Positions 51,885 to 64,000 of a DNA stretch of 64,000 nucleotides are shown one piece after another. Source of the stretch: Eledone cirrhosa (Eukaryota); NCBI GenBank assembly GCA_964016885.1, contig OZ024751.1, forward strand, positions 32,178,001 through 32,242,000, read 5' to 3'. The notes beneath the pieces are model-generated. The model did no database searches. It was not told the DNA's origin and saw only the letters and a list, made by a program, of their open reading frames with translations. Each line of letters begins with the position of its first letter. The first letter of the stretch is position 1. A program made the position numbers and the translations under genes.

Positions 51885-51933
<49 letters not shown>

Positions 51934-51948
51934 GCACGCACACACCTG

Positions 51949-51992
<44 letters not shown>

Positions 51993-52539
51993 GACACGCA
52001 CACAAACACGCACGCACACACACAAACACACGCACACACACACACACACACACATACAGACACACACACACGCACACACACACACGCACGCATACACATG
52101 CATGCACGCGCTCATACACGCACAAACACACGCGGGCACAGAGACACACAGACGTATGCAGACGCATGCAGTTACACGCAGCACGCAGATATATGAAAAA
52201 ACACGCACACTTAGCTACATACACAAACCAACACACAGACACACACACACAAGCATACACATCTTATACACACACACACACACACAAGCATACACACTGC
52301 CTGTAGAGATGTATATGTAATAAGTACCTCTATAGCCACTGCATGTTATCGGGCAATCCTGCATAGCTGTCACATAGCATAGCCTGGAGTGTGTGTGCAT
52401 GTATGTTCATGTGTGCGTGTAGGTAAATGTGTCTATTGGTGTGTGTATGTGTGCACGCGTGTGTATGTGTGTGGCATCTCTTCGTACAAAAAGTACTTGT
52501 CATCGCTACGATATCACTACCATCCTCGCCCCTTCTCTG

Positions 52540-52590
<51 letters not shown>

Positions 52591-52622
52591 TACATAGATA
52601 TACACACATAAGCATATATGTA

Positions 52623-52661
<39 letters not shown>

Positions 52662-52712
52662 ATGCATGTATGTATATACGTATATATACATGTACATTTG
52701 TATATATACATG

Positions 52713-52747
<35 letters not shown>

Positions 52748-52922
52748 ATGCGCGTGTGTAATTTTAACCCCGACATGACACTTCAAAACCAGTCTTGACA
52801 ATTCGTCACCAGCCAGACATAACTAAGCGCAAATAACCAGCAGGATGTTATATATCATTATCTTTTTGTATTTCTTTCTTTCTTTTCCCCTTTCTTTCTG
52901 TCTCTCTGTATGTCTGCATCTC

Positions 52923-52958
<36 letters not shown>

Positions 52959-53037
52959 CATAAAGTCTATCTGGGGCTGGTGTATGAACATTTGTTCATC
53001 CGTCTCTCAGTATATTCTATCTATCTATATATCTATC

Positions 53038-53343
53038 TTATGAAAGGTGGGTGAAAGTGGCGAGAATGGCCCGAGTGAATGGGCCTTCTCTCTATATCAG
53101 CCTGTAGGTTGAGGAAAAGGAGGAGGAGAGGAAAGGAGTACAAACTCTTCGTACTCCTGGAGATGAGGGTTGCACATTTTTTCGGGGGTATGTGTTACCC
53201 ATATAAACTGTCTCCCCCTATTGGGAAAAATCGACTAATTTTTTAAATTGCATTTGTGATAACATTTTACACGTTTTTATTGTATGTAAACTCCCCCTTT
53301 GTATTTGTCCCCTTCTTTTGTGCCCCTGTGGCTAATAAAGAAA

Positions 53344-53345
<2 letters not shown>
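53038..53345 (+). mobile_element. Tx1 subfamily A 3' fragment
   Basis: YERWVKVARMARVNGPSLYISL plus 3' UTR. TATC repeats upstream and (CT)n(CTAT)n downstream. Confidence 0.9.
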
Positions 53346-53426
<81 letters not shown>

Positions 53427-53489
53427 ATGCCTGCCCACCTCTCTGTTTAACTAAATCAAAGATATGTGAAAAATGATAATAACGGTGCT

Positions 53490-54135
53490 ATTTATTATTT
53501 ACCACAAGGGCGACATATGAAATGACAATACATATTACAGAAACGTAGGTTTATGAAGCTTTACGCAAAATAAATTAGACCTGGCCGGTAGCACGAAATG
53601 AGATATTCTCATAGATGAGAGAGAGCCACCTATAGTCATTGATATGCACCCCTAAAATTCAGGATTATACTAACTACAAGGGACATGTATCCTCTCCCAT
53701 TTGTGTTCTGCCTCCTACAGGCACAGGGTGAGAGCAGGCCCACTCATCTGAGTCATTCACATTCCTTTCACCGACATTTTAACAAAATGACTGGAAGGTA
53801 AGACACCCCACCCTCACTCTTGATGGGGGCTTGGCGGAATAGGTAAGCGTCTATCTTCAGTCCTTTTAATGTTGTCTTACCCACAGCCTCTTTCGCAGTA
53901 ACCACAATTCTGATAAAAACTTCCTGTCCTTTTCGGTCAAAGGAAAAGGGTAAGGTGATCAACATGATGGACAATGTTTCTGTTCGGATCAGTCCTACAT
54001 TTGGCAACAGCTGTTTGATATAACTGCACAAATGCTCGGGTCCTGAACAAGTGCAGAACGAATGCGTGACGATTCTGTCGTTCTGTACACATATCAAACA
54101 GAACCGGTCGACAGCCCTTTTCCTGCCTTTAGAGT
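53490..54135 (-). mobile_element. Old degraded Tx1-type 3' fragment
   Basis: ORF 53768-54097 aligns by eye to the ORF2 C-terminus (C..C...H.F..C...AKEAV..T.LKGL). The 3' end atatgtcgcccttgtggtaaataa resembles the 32.6-kb element. Confidence 0.7.
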
Positions 54136-56002
54136 AGGGGCTTCCGACCTATTTTCACAATACGAACCCCGAATATTACAGAAAGACTTATGAAAAAACC
54201 CTAAGGCTTGATATTTTACTATACAAACCTTATAAATAACCCTTAAACTTCACAATAGAAAATTGTATACGAACACATTTTTTATTTTCCTTTACAAAAA
54301 ATCTATGTTATTTCATAAAAGATTAAAAGAATATCATAAAGAATGTCCTGAAGAAGTGCCAAATTTTACTGATAAACCTTGTAGAAAATCCCAAGTTGAA
54401 GATAATTGCTCTAGATTTTATCTCGAAGCGGCAAAGCTCTTCGGTAGCACAGCAGGCCAGCCATTTTTGTAGATTCTTCACAATCCCTGCACCGAAAGTT
54501 CTCCTGAATTGACTGCGTCAACAATTAAAGCAGTTGTTCTCAATGTTTTTGACTTCATGGCGCACTGGATATCAAATAAAATAAATATTGGTTCACATGT
54601 TTTAACCTTTTTGATACCAACCGGTTTAACTTATATCATAACCTTCCATCATTCTTTTATTTAAGAAGTTTGAGTTAAGTAATACTTAACCCATCTAAAT
54701 CCTTGATTATTTCTAAACTTATCTGAAAATCATAAGCTCTGACTTTCATTAGAAATATGTTAGCAAAATGGTTAAAGTTAAACGTTAAAAAAAACCTATA
54801 GAAAACTAGTTAATGTTTTATTAAATGTGGTTGGGTGTATAATAACATGTTTTGTTTAGTACAAACAAGTTTCTAAGGCCTTAAATTATCTGTTTTAAAA
54901 TTCACGTCACACCGGATTGGGTTTTGTGGAGCCTGAATACATCATAGTGCAATGTTTTGAAACCACTGGTGTCTCCCCGGGAACATTGCTACACTTGTCC
55001 GTCACTAATACTTTAATATCGGTTCCCGATTTTAACGGGGAGGGTGAAGTCTATTATACTGACTGTCATATACCCCAGTATATGACAGGGATTTTATGTC
55101 ACTGACAAATTCAGAAGGATAAAAGAAAAAAAAAACAATTTCGGCGGGATTTGAATTCAGATTGTTGAGGACTTAGTTAAATACCAGAAGGTATTTTATT
55201 TACAAACTTTCCGGAGAGAGAATTGTTTACAAAGTTGAAACAATATATTACTGATATTTATTTTATTGATCATCAAAACTCGGTGGGATTTGAACTCAGC
55301 AAGATAAACAATTGAAGTGTAAAAAAATTGAAGAGATTAAAAAACCAGAAAAGAACAGAAGATGAAATAACGAATATAAGAATGGTATAATATTGTGTGA
55401 AAGAATATATTAAAAGAATAAATGAATTCAAGTATTGGAAATATATGAAAAAATAAAATAAGGAAGGAATATAGGAATAAATTAAAAAATATTTGAAAGA
55501 ATATGGGAATAGAACTAGGTACGAATAAAGGAATGAAAAAATGTATTAAAAATATATGAAGGGACAAGTTGAAGATTATATGACAGAATGAGAGAATAAA
55601 TTAAAATATCAATGGAAGATTGTGAGAATAAAGAATATATTGTAGAATGTAGGAAGAAAATGAATGAGAAATTGACAGAATATAAGAATAAATATAATAC
55701 AAAGAATAAAAGAATGTATAAAAAAGAAAAAAATAAGGAATGGGTGGAAGAATGAAACACAATAAGGAAAAGAGTAAAATATGTAGAATATAAAGAATAG
55801 AGAGAGAGAGGAAGAATAAAAGAATAACGGGATTATGGAATGAGGGTGGTGGTGTGGGCGAGGAGATATTGAAAGTAAGTAAAAAGTTCTTTTATGATGA
55901 GATATGAATGGAGAGAGAGAGGGGTGGGGTGGGAGGAGGGAAAGGTTGAAGGAGAGTGAGACAAGAAGTAAGATGGGGAGAGAGATAGAGAGAGAGATAG
56001 AT

Positions 56003-56138
56003 ATGTTTCTTTATTAGCCACAGGGGCTCAAAAGAAGGGGATAAATACAAAGGGGGAAGTTTACATACAATAAAAACGTGTAAAATATCACAAATGCAAT
56101 TTAAAAAATTAGTCGATTTTCCCCAATAGGGGGAGACA
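56003..56138 (-). mobile_element. Tx1 subfamily A 3'-UTR fragment in GATA/GA repeats
   Basis: Reverse complement of the last ~135 nt of the 3' UTR, with (GATA)n adjacent. Confidence 0.88.
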
Positions 56139-56229
56139 GATAGATAGATAGATAGAGATGGAGAGAGAGAGAGGGTGGGGGGGGGGGGATGGAAAATAAA
56201 TTTAAGTAGATATATAGGTTTTAGATAGA

Positions 56230-56264
<35 letters not shown>

Positions 56265-56289
56265 TATGAAGAGAGAAGAAACATTTAGA

Positions 56290-57945
56290 TATAATTAGTA
56301 ATAAAATGTATCATACCTAAACTGCTTCTAGATTCCTCGACTACGTAGTTTCGTGGCATAAACAAAAACAATATATCATAAAGACATAGAGTCCTTGCGA
56401 GGTCTGCCGACTTATCAAGAGGATACCTCATTTTACTAGTCTCAAGAACGCGTCTACACGACGTGAGAAAGAATCCCAAAAGGCGGAGGGGGAGATAGTC
56501 ACACGATATAACGGTCGAGAAACAGAGCTAAGCCTCTTATAACCCCGAAGAAAATACCACGGAGGCGGAGGGGGTATTCATATCGAGGCCGTAGAAGAGG
56601 TGGTGAAGGAGGCGAGAAGTATGAGTAATGGAAGCTTTCCAGCTGTCCCCACACTTCAAAGATTGCTCGACCAGAGGGAGTTATTAACAATATATTTAGA
56701 AACACACAGATACATGCGGACACAACTCGCAATATAAGTTACACTGGGAGATCCTAGCTAGGGCTAGATCGTATAACGGAAATAAAAGACCATGTGACCT
56801 CTGCGCCGCTGAGGCCCTGGAAATACTCTACACCACAGACCACATCTTAATAAAAAAAATCTGAGGCAATTTCGGCTTGTAAACATAAATTGCACAAAAC
56901 TTTCCTGTATTACAGCCCCACGTTATACCCTAACGGATAGTACGATCTATACGTGGATATGTTACGTCTTGATGTGGGAGCTAAGTATATGTTTTGTTTA
57001 TTCCTTTACTTATTTGCATAGGTAAGTATATATTACCCGTATGTTTTGTGAAGGTACGTAATCCTTCTCGTACGTATATTTGATTGTTTATGTTATGGCG
57101 TATAATTTTATATATTCTGGTACATATGGTTTGGCTATGTGTATACGGGAGTTTTGCGTCTGTGTGAGTATGCAGGTTCGTACGTATGTAAGGTGTGTGT
57201 ATATGTGTACTTCATGTTTTGGTTGACTTACGTCTTCGTACATTCGTGTATTTACATGTAGGTATGTGTGTGCGCTTGTTATATACGTATTTATTTATTT
57301 ATATACGTTTATATAATTATTTATTTATTTGTATACACGCATACACACACACACATATTTATATGTGCGTGGTTTTGTATACCTATGGTAAGGTTTTGCG
57401 TATGCTTGTGTATGTACGTATTTGTTTGCGTATATGTATTTATTTATTTCTATTACTTCTGTATTGTATTTATTTACTTTGTTCTTAACTCTGTAGCGGA
57501 GATTCATTTGGTCTCCTAGTTAGAATTTTAGTCTACGACTTCTGCTATAGCATTTACGTGGTTTTGTCTTTGCGTGCTATTGTTCTCCACGCTCCACATA
57601 TGACGTATTATCTTCGTTTTTCCGTTCATTGCCACAGAACGTCTCTATGAACCACCTAAGAGAACATTAGTCTACGACCTCTTTTATACCATAAACGTGG
57701 TTCTGTCTTTGCGCGTAATTGTTTTTCACCGCTCCTATTAATGACGTATTATTCGTTTTTTCCCGTTCTTTGCCAGCGAACGTTACCACGAACCAAAGTA
57801 TCGTCTTCCTGTCTTCCTCCGGTTGCAACGTTTTTTGAAATATCCAGTTCTGCGTTGACAGATTGACTTTGTTAGTTTCAGAAGATCCCATTAAGGGTGA
57901 AAGCAGCTATTCTTTGCTTAAAATTTAATCTGTTATTTTAATAAA
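56290..57945 (+). mobile_element. 5'-truncated Penelope-like element (Naiad-like): decayed GIY-YIG, T-rich 3' region, ~139-bp internal duplication, terminal hammerhead-like motif
   Basis: Manual translation of 56690-56890 gives YI*K...WEILARARSYNGNKRPCDLCAAEALEILY...(frameshift)SEAISACKHK. The 3' end is the same as the 4.4-5.0-kb family. The 5' boundary is approximate. Confidence 0.75.
57874..57924 (+). ncRNA. Hammerhead-like motif with CAGAAGA core
   Basis: agttt-CAGAAGA-t-ccc-attaa-ggg-t-GAA-AGCA...TGCT-T-aaaat. Confidence 0.55.
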
Positions 57946-57978
57946 TATATATATATATATAAATATATATAAATATAT

Positions 57979-58015
<37 letters not shown>

Positions 58016-58028
58016 AATATATATAAAT

Positions 58029-58095
<67 letters not shown>

Positions 58096-58096
58096 A

Positions 58097-58173
<77 letters not shown>

Positions 58174-58451
58174 ATACATTAACAGAGAAAGCTTTAAGCA
58201 ATACTCCGACCGGCTTCCGGCTCACTCAACAAACATTAGGATATACCTTAGTAGAATCCCAATTATACGTTTGGGGTGCTAACTATACGTATTTTGCGGA
58301 TAGCCAGTTGTATTATTTTATATGAGACATAATTAAATACATCTCTCTCTCCAAACGATCGATTCATTATAAGTTTTCTACAAATTGGGAAAATAATGTC
58401 CAGGTTATGTAGAAGCCTACACATAGTCCATAGGAATATATGTATGTGGGC

Positions 58452-58647
58452 ACAACGAAGGAGTTGTGGTAAGGAACCAGATGGACCATAACGCACCAGA
58501 GTACTAAATACCTAGGGTGGTAGAATGGGTAATAGGAAAATGTATGACCCCGACGGCAGAGCTGAAGCCGTTTCGACGGCTATTTCAGTCCAGAAATAGC
58601 CGTCGAAACGGCTTGAGCTCTGCCGTCGGGGTCATACATTTTCCTAT
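58452..58647 (-). mobile_element. Second copy of the 34105 fold-back family (55-bp arms)
   Basis: Arms at 58532-58586 and 58593-58647. The tail at 58452-58531 is the reverse complement of the 34235-34312 tail. Confidence 0.75.
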
Positions 58648-58738
58648 ATAATATATTTTCCTATATAATATATTGCTGCGTCCATATATATATACATATA
58701 TATGTGTGTGTGTGTGTGTATTGCTGCGTCCATATATA

Positions 58739-58819
<81 letters not shown>

Positions 58820-58934
58820 TATTTATATATACATACACATATATATGTGTGTATATATATATGTGTGTATATATATATGTGTGCGTGTATGTGTGTATGT
58901 GTATATATGTATATATATGGTGAGATGCACAGCT

Positions 58935-59210
58935 GGATAGATAGATAGACAGATAGATAGACAGATAGACAGATAGATAGACAGACAGATAGACAGACAG
59001 ATAGACAGATAGATAGACAGACAGATAGACAGACAGATAGACAGATAGATAGACAGACAGATAGACAGATAGATAGACAGACAGATAGACAGACAGATAG
59101 ACAGATAGATAGACAGACAGATAGACAGACAGATAGACAGATAGATAGACAGACAGATAGACAGACAGATAGACAGATAGATAGATAGACAGATAGACAG
59201 ACAGATAGAT
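58935..59210. repeat. Compound (GATA/GACA)n microsatellite
   Basis: Directly visible. Confidence 0.95.
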
Positions 59211-60085
59211 CCACATTCTCAGAGAGACAGACATATACATAGCTAAATACATCGTTACACACTCACACAGTCATATTCACGTGTGTATGTGTATATGATA
59301 TGATGTGAGTGTGTGTGTGGTTAGATCGATAGATGGATAAATATATAGATAGATAGATAGAGAAACGGAGAATATAGCGAAACAAAGTACGAGAGGATGT
59401 ACATGACATAGAGAGAGAGAGAGAGAGTGGGGGGGGGGGGGCAGAGATGGAACAGAGAGAGAGAGAAAGAAAGAGAGAAAGAAAGAGAGAGAAGAGGAGT
59501 TGAGGCATGAGGAAGGTTAGGAAAAACAGGCGAGTGAGACAAATAGACAGATAAACACACACACACACATACACTCTCTCACACACACACACAGACACTC
59601 ACACATACATACACACACACACACAGACACATATATAAATAAAGAGAGAGAGAGGCATATAAACAGACAGGCACACACACACACACACAGACACATATAT
59701 AAATAAAGAGAGAGAGGGGGAGAGAGGGAGATAGGGAGCGAGAGAGGGAGAGAGAGGAAGAGAGAGAGAGGGAGGGAGAGAGAGTATGTGTGTTTAAACG
59801 GAAGGCAGGAGTATGAGGAACTAGCCTCATCTGTCAAAGCACGGTTTTCAACCAATCTGAAGAATGGACTGGACACAACAACAAGAAAAACTACTACAAC
59901 TACTACTAATACAACTACTTCAAAAGTAAGTAACTACTACTACTACTACTACTACTGCTGTTGTTGTTGCCGTTGCCGCTGCAGTTGGTGCTGCGCTGCA
60001 TTTTCGGCAAAAATGTTTTACTACGGAACAATACAACTGGAGTAAGGCCCCACTCGAGATGCACTCAGCCAGCTACTGAATGTAG

Positions 60086-60167
<82 letters not shown>

Positions 60168-60471
60168 CACCACCACCACCACCACCACTACTACTAACAT
60201 ACGAGGGACAAACTCCCTCAATTCTTTATTTGTTTTTTTTCTTTCTTTTTTTTTGTTGTTGTTGAGAAAATGGAAGGAGCCGTTAGATAATATAATCTAA
60301 ATATAACTTCGGTGTGGTCATGGCTGGAACGGCTTCGATCAGAGATTTGATCGACCTGGACTGGCCTGGGGCTAAACAACATATACTACCTCTGCTTTCA
60401 TAAACAACAAACAGCTTAAGGTGGAAACACCACCACCACCACCACCACCCGCTACCACCACTAACCGCTAT

Positions 60472-60528
<57 letters not shown>

Positions 60529-60538
60529 CACTACCACT

Positions 60539-60673
<135 letters not shown>

Positions 60674-60740
60674 GCTGCTGCACTAACGACAATAACAACA
60701 ATTCTAACGTGGGTTACATGAGCAACACCAACAAGTGGAT

Positions 60741-60806
<66 letters not shown>

Positions 60807-60914
60807 GTACTGCTGCTGCTGCTTCTACTGCTGCAGCTGCTGCAACTCGAAGAATGCCATGCGATATCGGCAAAACATGTGGACATAGGAAGAAACAACA
60901 GAAATGTGAATGGT

Positions 60915-60927
60915 GTTTATAGTATGT

Positions 60928-60964
<37 letters not shown>

Positions 60965-61069
60965 TTATATTTGGTTTTATATATATATGTGTATGTTTAT
61001 ACTACGTTATATATATATTTGTGTTAATAGTATGTTATATATATATATATGTGCGTGTTTATAGTATGT

Positions 61070-61100
<31 letters not shown>

Positions 61101-61420
61101 TTGTTTATAGTATGTTATATATATATGTGTGTTTATAGCATGCTATATATGTGCGCATTTATAGTATGTTATATATATATATGTGTGTGTTTATAGTATG
61201 TTATATATATGTGTGTTTATACTATGTTATATATATGTGTGTGTTAATAGTATGTTATATATATATATGTTTATAGTATGTTATATATATATATGTGTGT
61301 GTGTATTTATAGTATGTTATATATATATATATGTGTGTGTTTATAGTATGTTATATATATATGTGTGTATGTTTATACTACTTTATATATATATATGTTT
61401 ATAGTATGCTATATATATTA
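60915..61420. repeat. Minisatellite of 'tttatagtatgt(ta)n(tg)n' units
   Basis: A fixed core with variable dinucleotide spacers, repeated more than 10 times. Confidence 0.85.
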
Positions 61421-61456
61421 GTGTATTTCCATCGCTCTCTATACACACGCATCTTC

Positions 61457-61562
<106 letters not shown>

Positions 61563-61720
61563 TAATAATAATAAATTTGAAGACTAAAATCCAAAGAGGG
61601 CTCGAAAAGGATAAATATATATCATAAATATATATCATGTTTGTTGTATTTATATAACCATCACAATTTTATAATCATATCTACATCCACAAAAATATAT
61701 ACACACACGCCCACACACAC

Positions 61721-61776
<56 letters not shown>

Positions 61777-62296
61777 TATATCTATCTATCTATCTATATA
61801 TATATGAAGAATTTAGCAATAATTTGGTGCCCCAGCATATATATATTGGGTTGGATTAGGGGAAATTCGTGAACACACACATGGATAAATCAGTTATCAT
61901 TGAAATATTCACACAATAACATAATCATCTTTCATACACGTGCATTAAAACACAGACTCTCTCTCTCTCTCACACACACCCAAACCCACACAGATACACA
62001 AAACACAAACATTATTTTCCTATTAAATTACATTTCATCCATTTGTTAAACGAAATCTCTCTCTCCCTGTATCTACCTCTCTCTCTATGTATATATATAT
62101 ATATATACATGTGTTTGTGTGTGTATGTATGTATGTATGTATGTATGTATGTATGTATGTATGTATATATGAATGTATATGTATTTGTAAGTATATACGT
62201 TCAAGTATATACACATATAGTGAGTAGTTTAAAATTCTAAAAAAAATATATCAAGTCGTTCAGGAAAACTTTAGAATTTCCGAACTTCCGTTATCA

Positions 62297-62410
<114 letters not shown>

Positions 62411-62693
62411 GACTGGTTTATCTATTTATGCATTATTCAATTTTCCAAGTAAATGTTTGAACAAGAGTGCCGGTTACAATATTTCCAACTTTGTAGTAAA
62501 TTGTAGTTATTTGTTCTGGTGACACGAAGATAGTCACACGGTAAATGATGTAAATACACATACACACACACATTGACACACAGACACACACATACTTAAA
62601 TACATAGATAGACACACTCACAACCACACACGATACGACGGTCTTCTGCTCAGTTTCCGACAATCTAATACTATCCATAAGTTAGTGTTCCAC

Positions 62694-62748
<55 letters not shown>

Positions 62749-62970
62749 GAAGAGAGGAAAGGGGTACAAACTCGTCGTACTCCTGGAGATGAGGGTTGCA
62801 CATTTTTTCGGGGATATGTGTTACCCATATGTAATGTCTCCCCCTATTGGGGAAAATCGATTAACTTTTCAATTGCATTTGTGATCATATTTTACACGTT
62901 TTTATTGTATGTAAACTTCCCCCTTTGTATTTGTCCCCTTCTTTTGTGCCCCCGTGGCTAATAAAGAAAC
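62749..62970 (+). mobile_element. Tx1 subfamily A 3'-UTR insertion in (CTAT)n
   Basis: Follows pure (CTAT)n at 62694-62748 and ends AATAAAGAAACATATCTAT. Confidence 0.9.
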
Positions 62971-63143
62971 ATATCTATATATATATATATATCTACTATC
63001 TATCTATCTATCTGTCTTCCTCATAATCCCACACATCCTTTCTTTCTCTTTTCCCCCACCTCGACCCTCTGTATTACCTCTCCCTTCCCTCTCTATGTTT
63101 CTCTCTTTTCTCCCAGAAAGAGAGACCGCCAATATATTCTCCC

Positions 63144-63233
<90 letters not shown>

Positions 63234-64000
63234 TTTAACCCTTTCCATCACTCTTTCTACTATCTCACGTTTTAATTACTCCCTCTTTCTTCTTTCTTCC
63301 CTCTCTCTTACTCACTTTTAACTATCCTCCCACCACTGCTCACACGCCCACCCCACTTCCCACTGATGTTGTTGCTTTCTTTTAAAGCACATGTAATATA
63401 CATAACATAAACCACTCCTCTCCCCACTTCCTCCTCTTCATCTTTCTGTATAAACACAACACCACACTCACCCCAGATGTTTACACCACCACCACCATTA
63501 CCAGCAACAACAACAACAACGGCAACATCAATATCAACCCCACCACCACCGCCACCACCAGCAACAACATTAACAACAGCACCAACATCAACACCACTAT
63601 TGTACATTTACCACCACCAATACTCCTTCTCCCCTCCTCCTCCTCCTCCCCTACTACTACTACTACTACTACTACTGATGATGATTCCGTAACTTCCCCC
63701 CTCCACCACACCCCACACATTCCTTCCCCTTCTACTACTACTCTACTTATACTCCAACCACCACAACCACCACTCCACTTATATCGTCTTCCCCACCACC
63801 ACTTCCACTACCATAATCAACAACACACGCACACACCACTGCTGCCGTAGCCACCGCCACCACCACCATCATCAACATGACAACAATCTTCCACCATGAC
63901 CAACACTTCCCATATTGACATCACACATAATACATCACCATCACCACCATCAACACAACGATCATTTCCTACCCGTATTGTCATCAACCACAACAAACAC

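Noticed and set aside
56855-56870. In-frame TGA in the GIY-YIG remnant as possible selenocysteine
   Set aside because: It arises from a one-base frameshift in an A-run, and the conserved motif continues in another frame.
60735-61064. Poly-Leu ORF resembling a signal peptide (LLLQLLQLEECHA-IS)
   Set aside because: Derived from (CTA)n/(CTG)n. It has no in-frame ATG, an upstream in-frame stop, and it runs into a minisatellite.

Overview
AT-rich, microsatellite-saturated eukaryotic (animal) DNA with no recognisable host protein-coding gene. The repeat content resembles a coleoid cephalopod such as Octopus (inference). Most ORF-track entries are translations of (TA)n, (CA)n, (TATG)n, (TAG)n and (GGT)n. 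The interpretable content is retroelements. (1) A Tx1-type non-LTR family: all ten copies or fragments in the window sit in (TATC)n/(GATA)n repeats. Six of them form a 9.4-kb head-to-tail array (41.6-50.9 kb) with one uninterrupted 927-aa RT ORF. A related element carrying the AP-endonuclease ends in (TAA)n. (2) Penelope-like element (PLE) remnants, mostly in (TA)n: two GIY-YIG C-termini and more than a dozen type I hammerhead-ribozyme motifs. Many are arranged as fold-back palindromes, and two families have non-canonical cores (U3-A8 and A4). (3) tRNA-derived SINEs, a 410-bp element confined to (ATGT)n, a non-autonomous Helitron, and CR1-like and CRE-like 3' fragments. The different element families appear to occupy different microsatellite motifs. 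All structure calls were made by eye and no searches were run.
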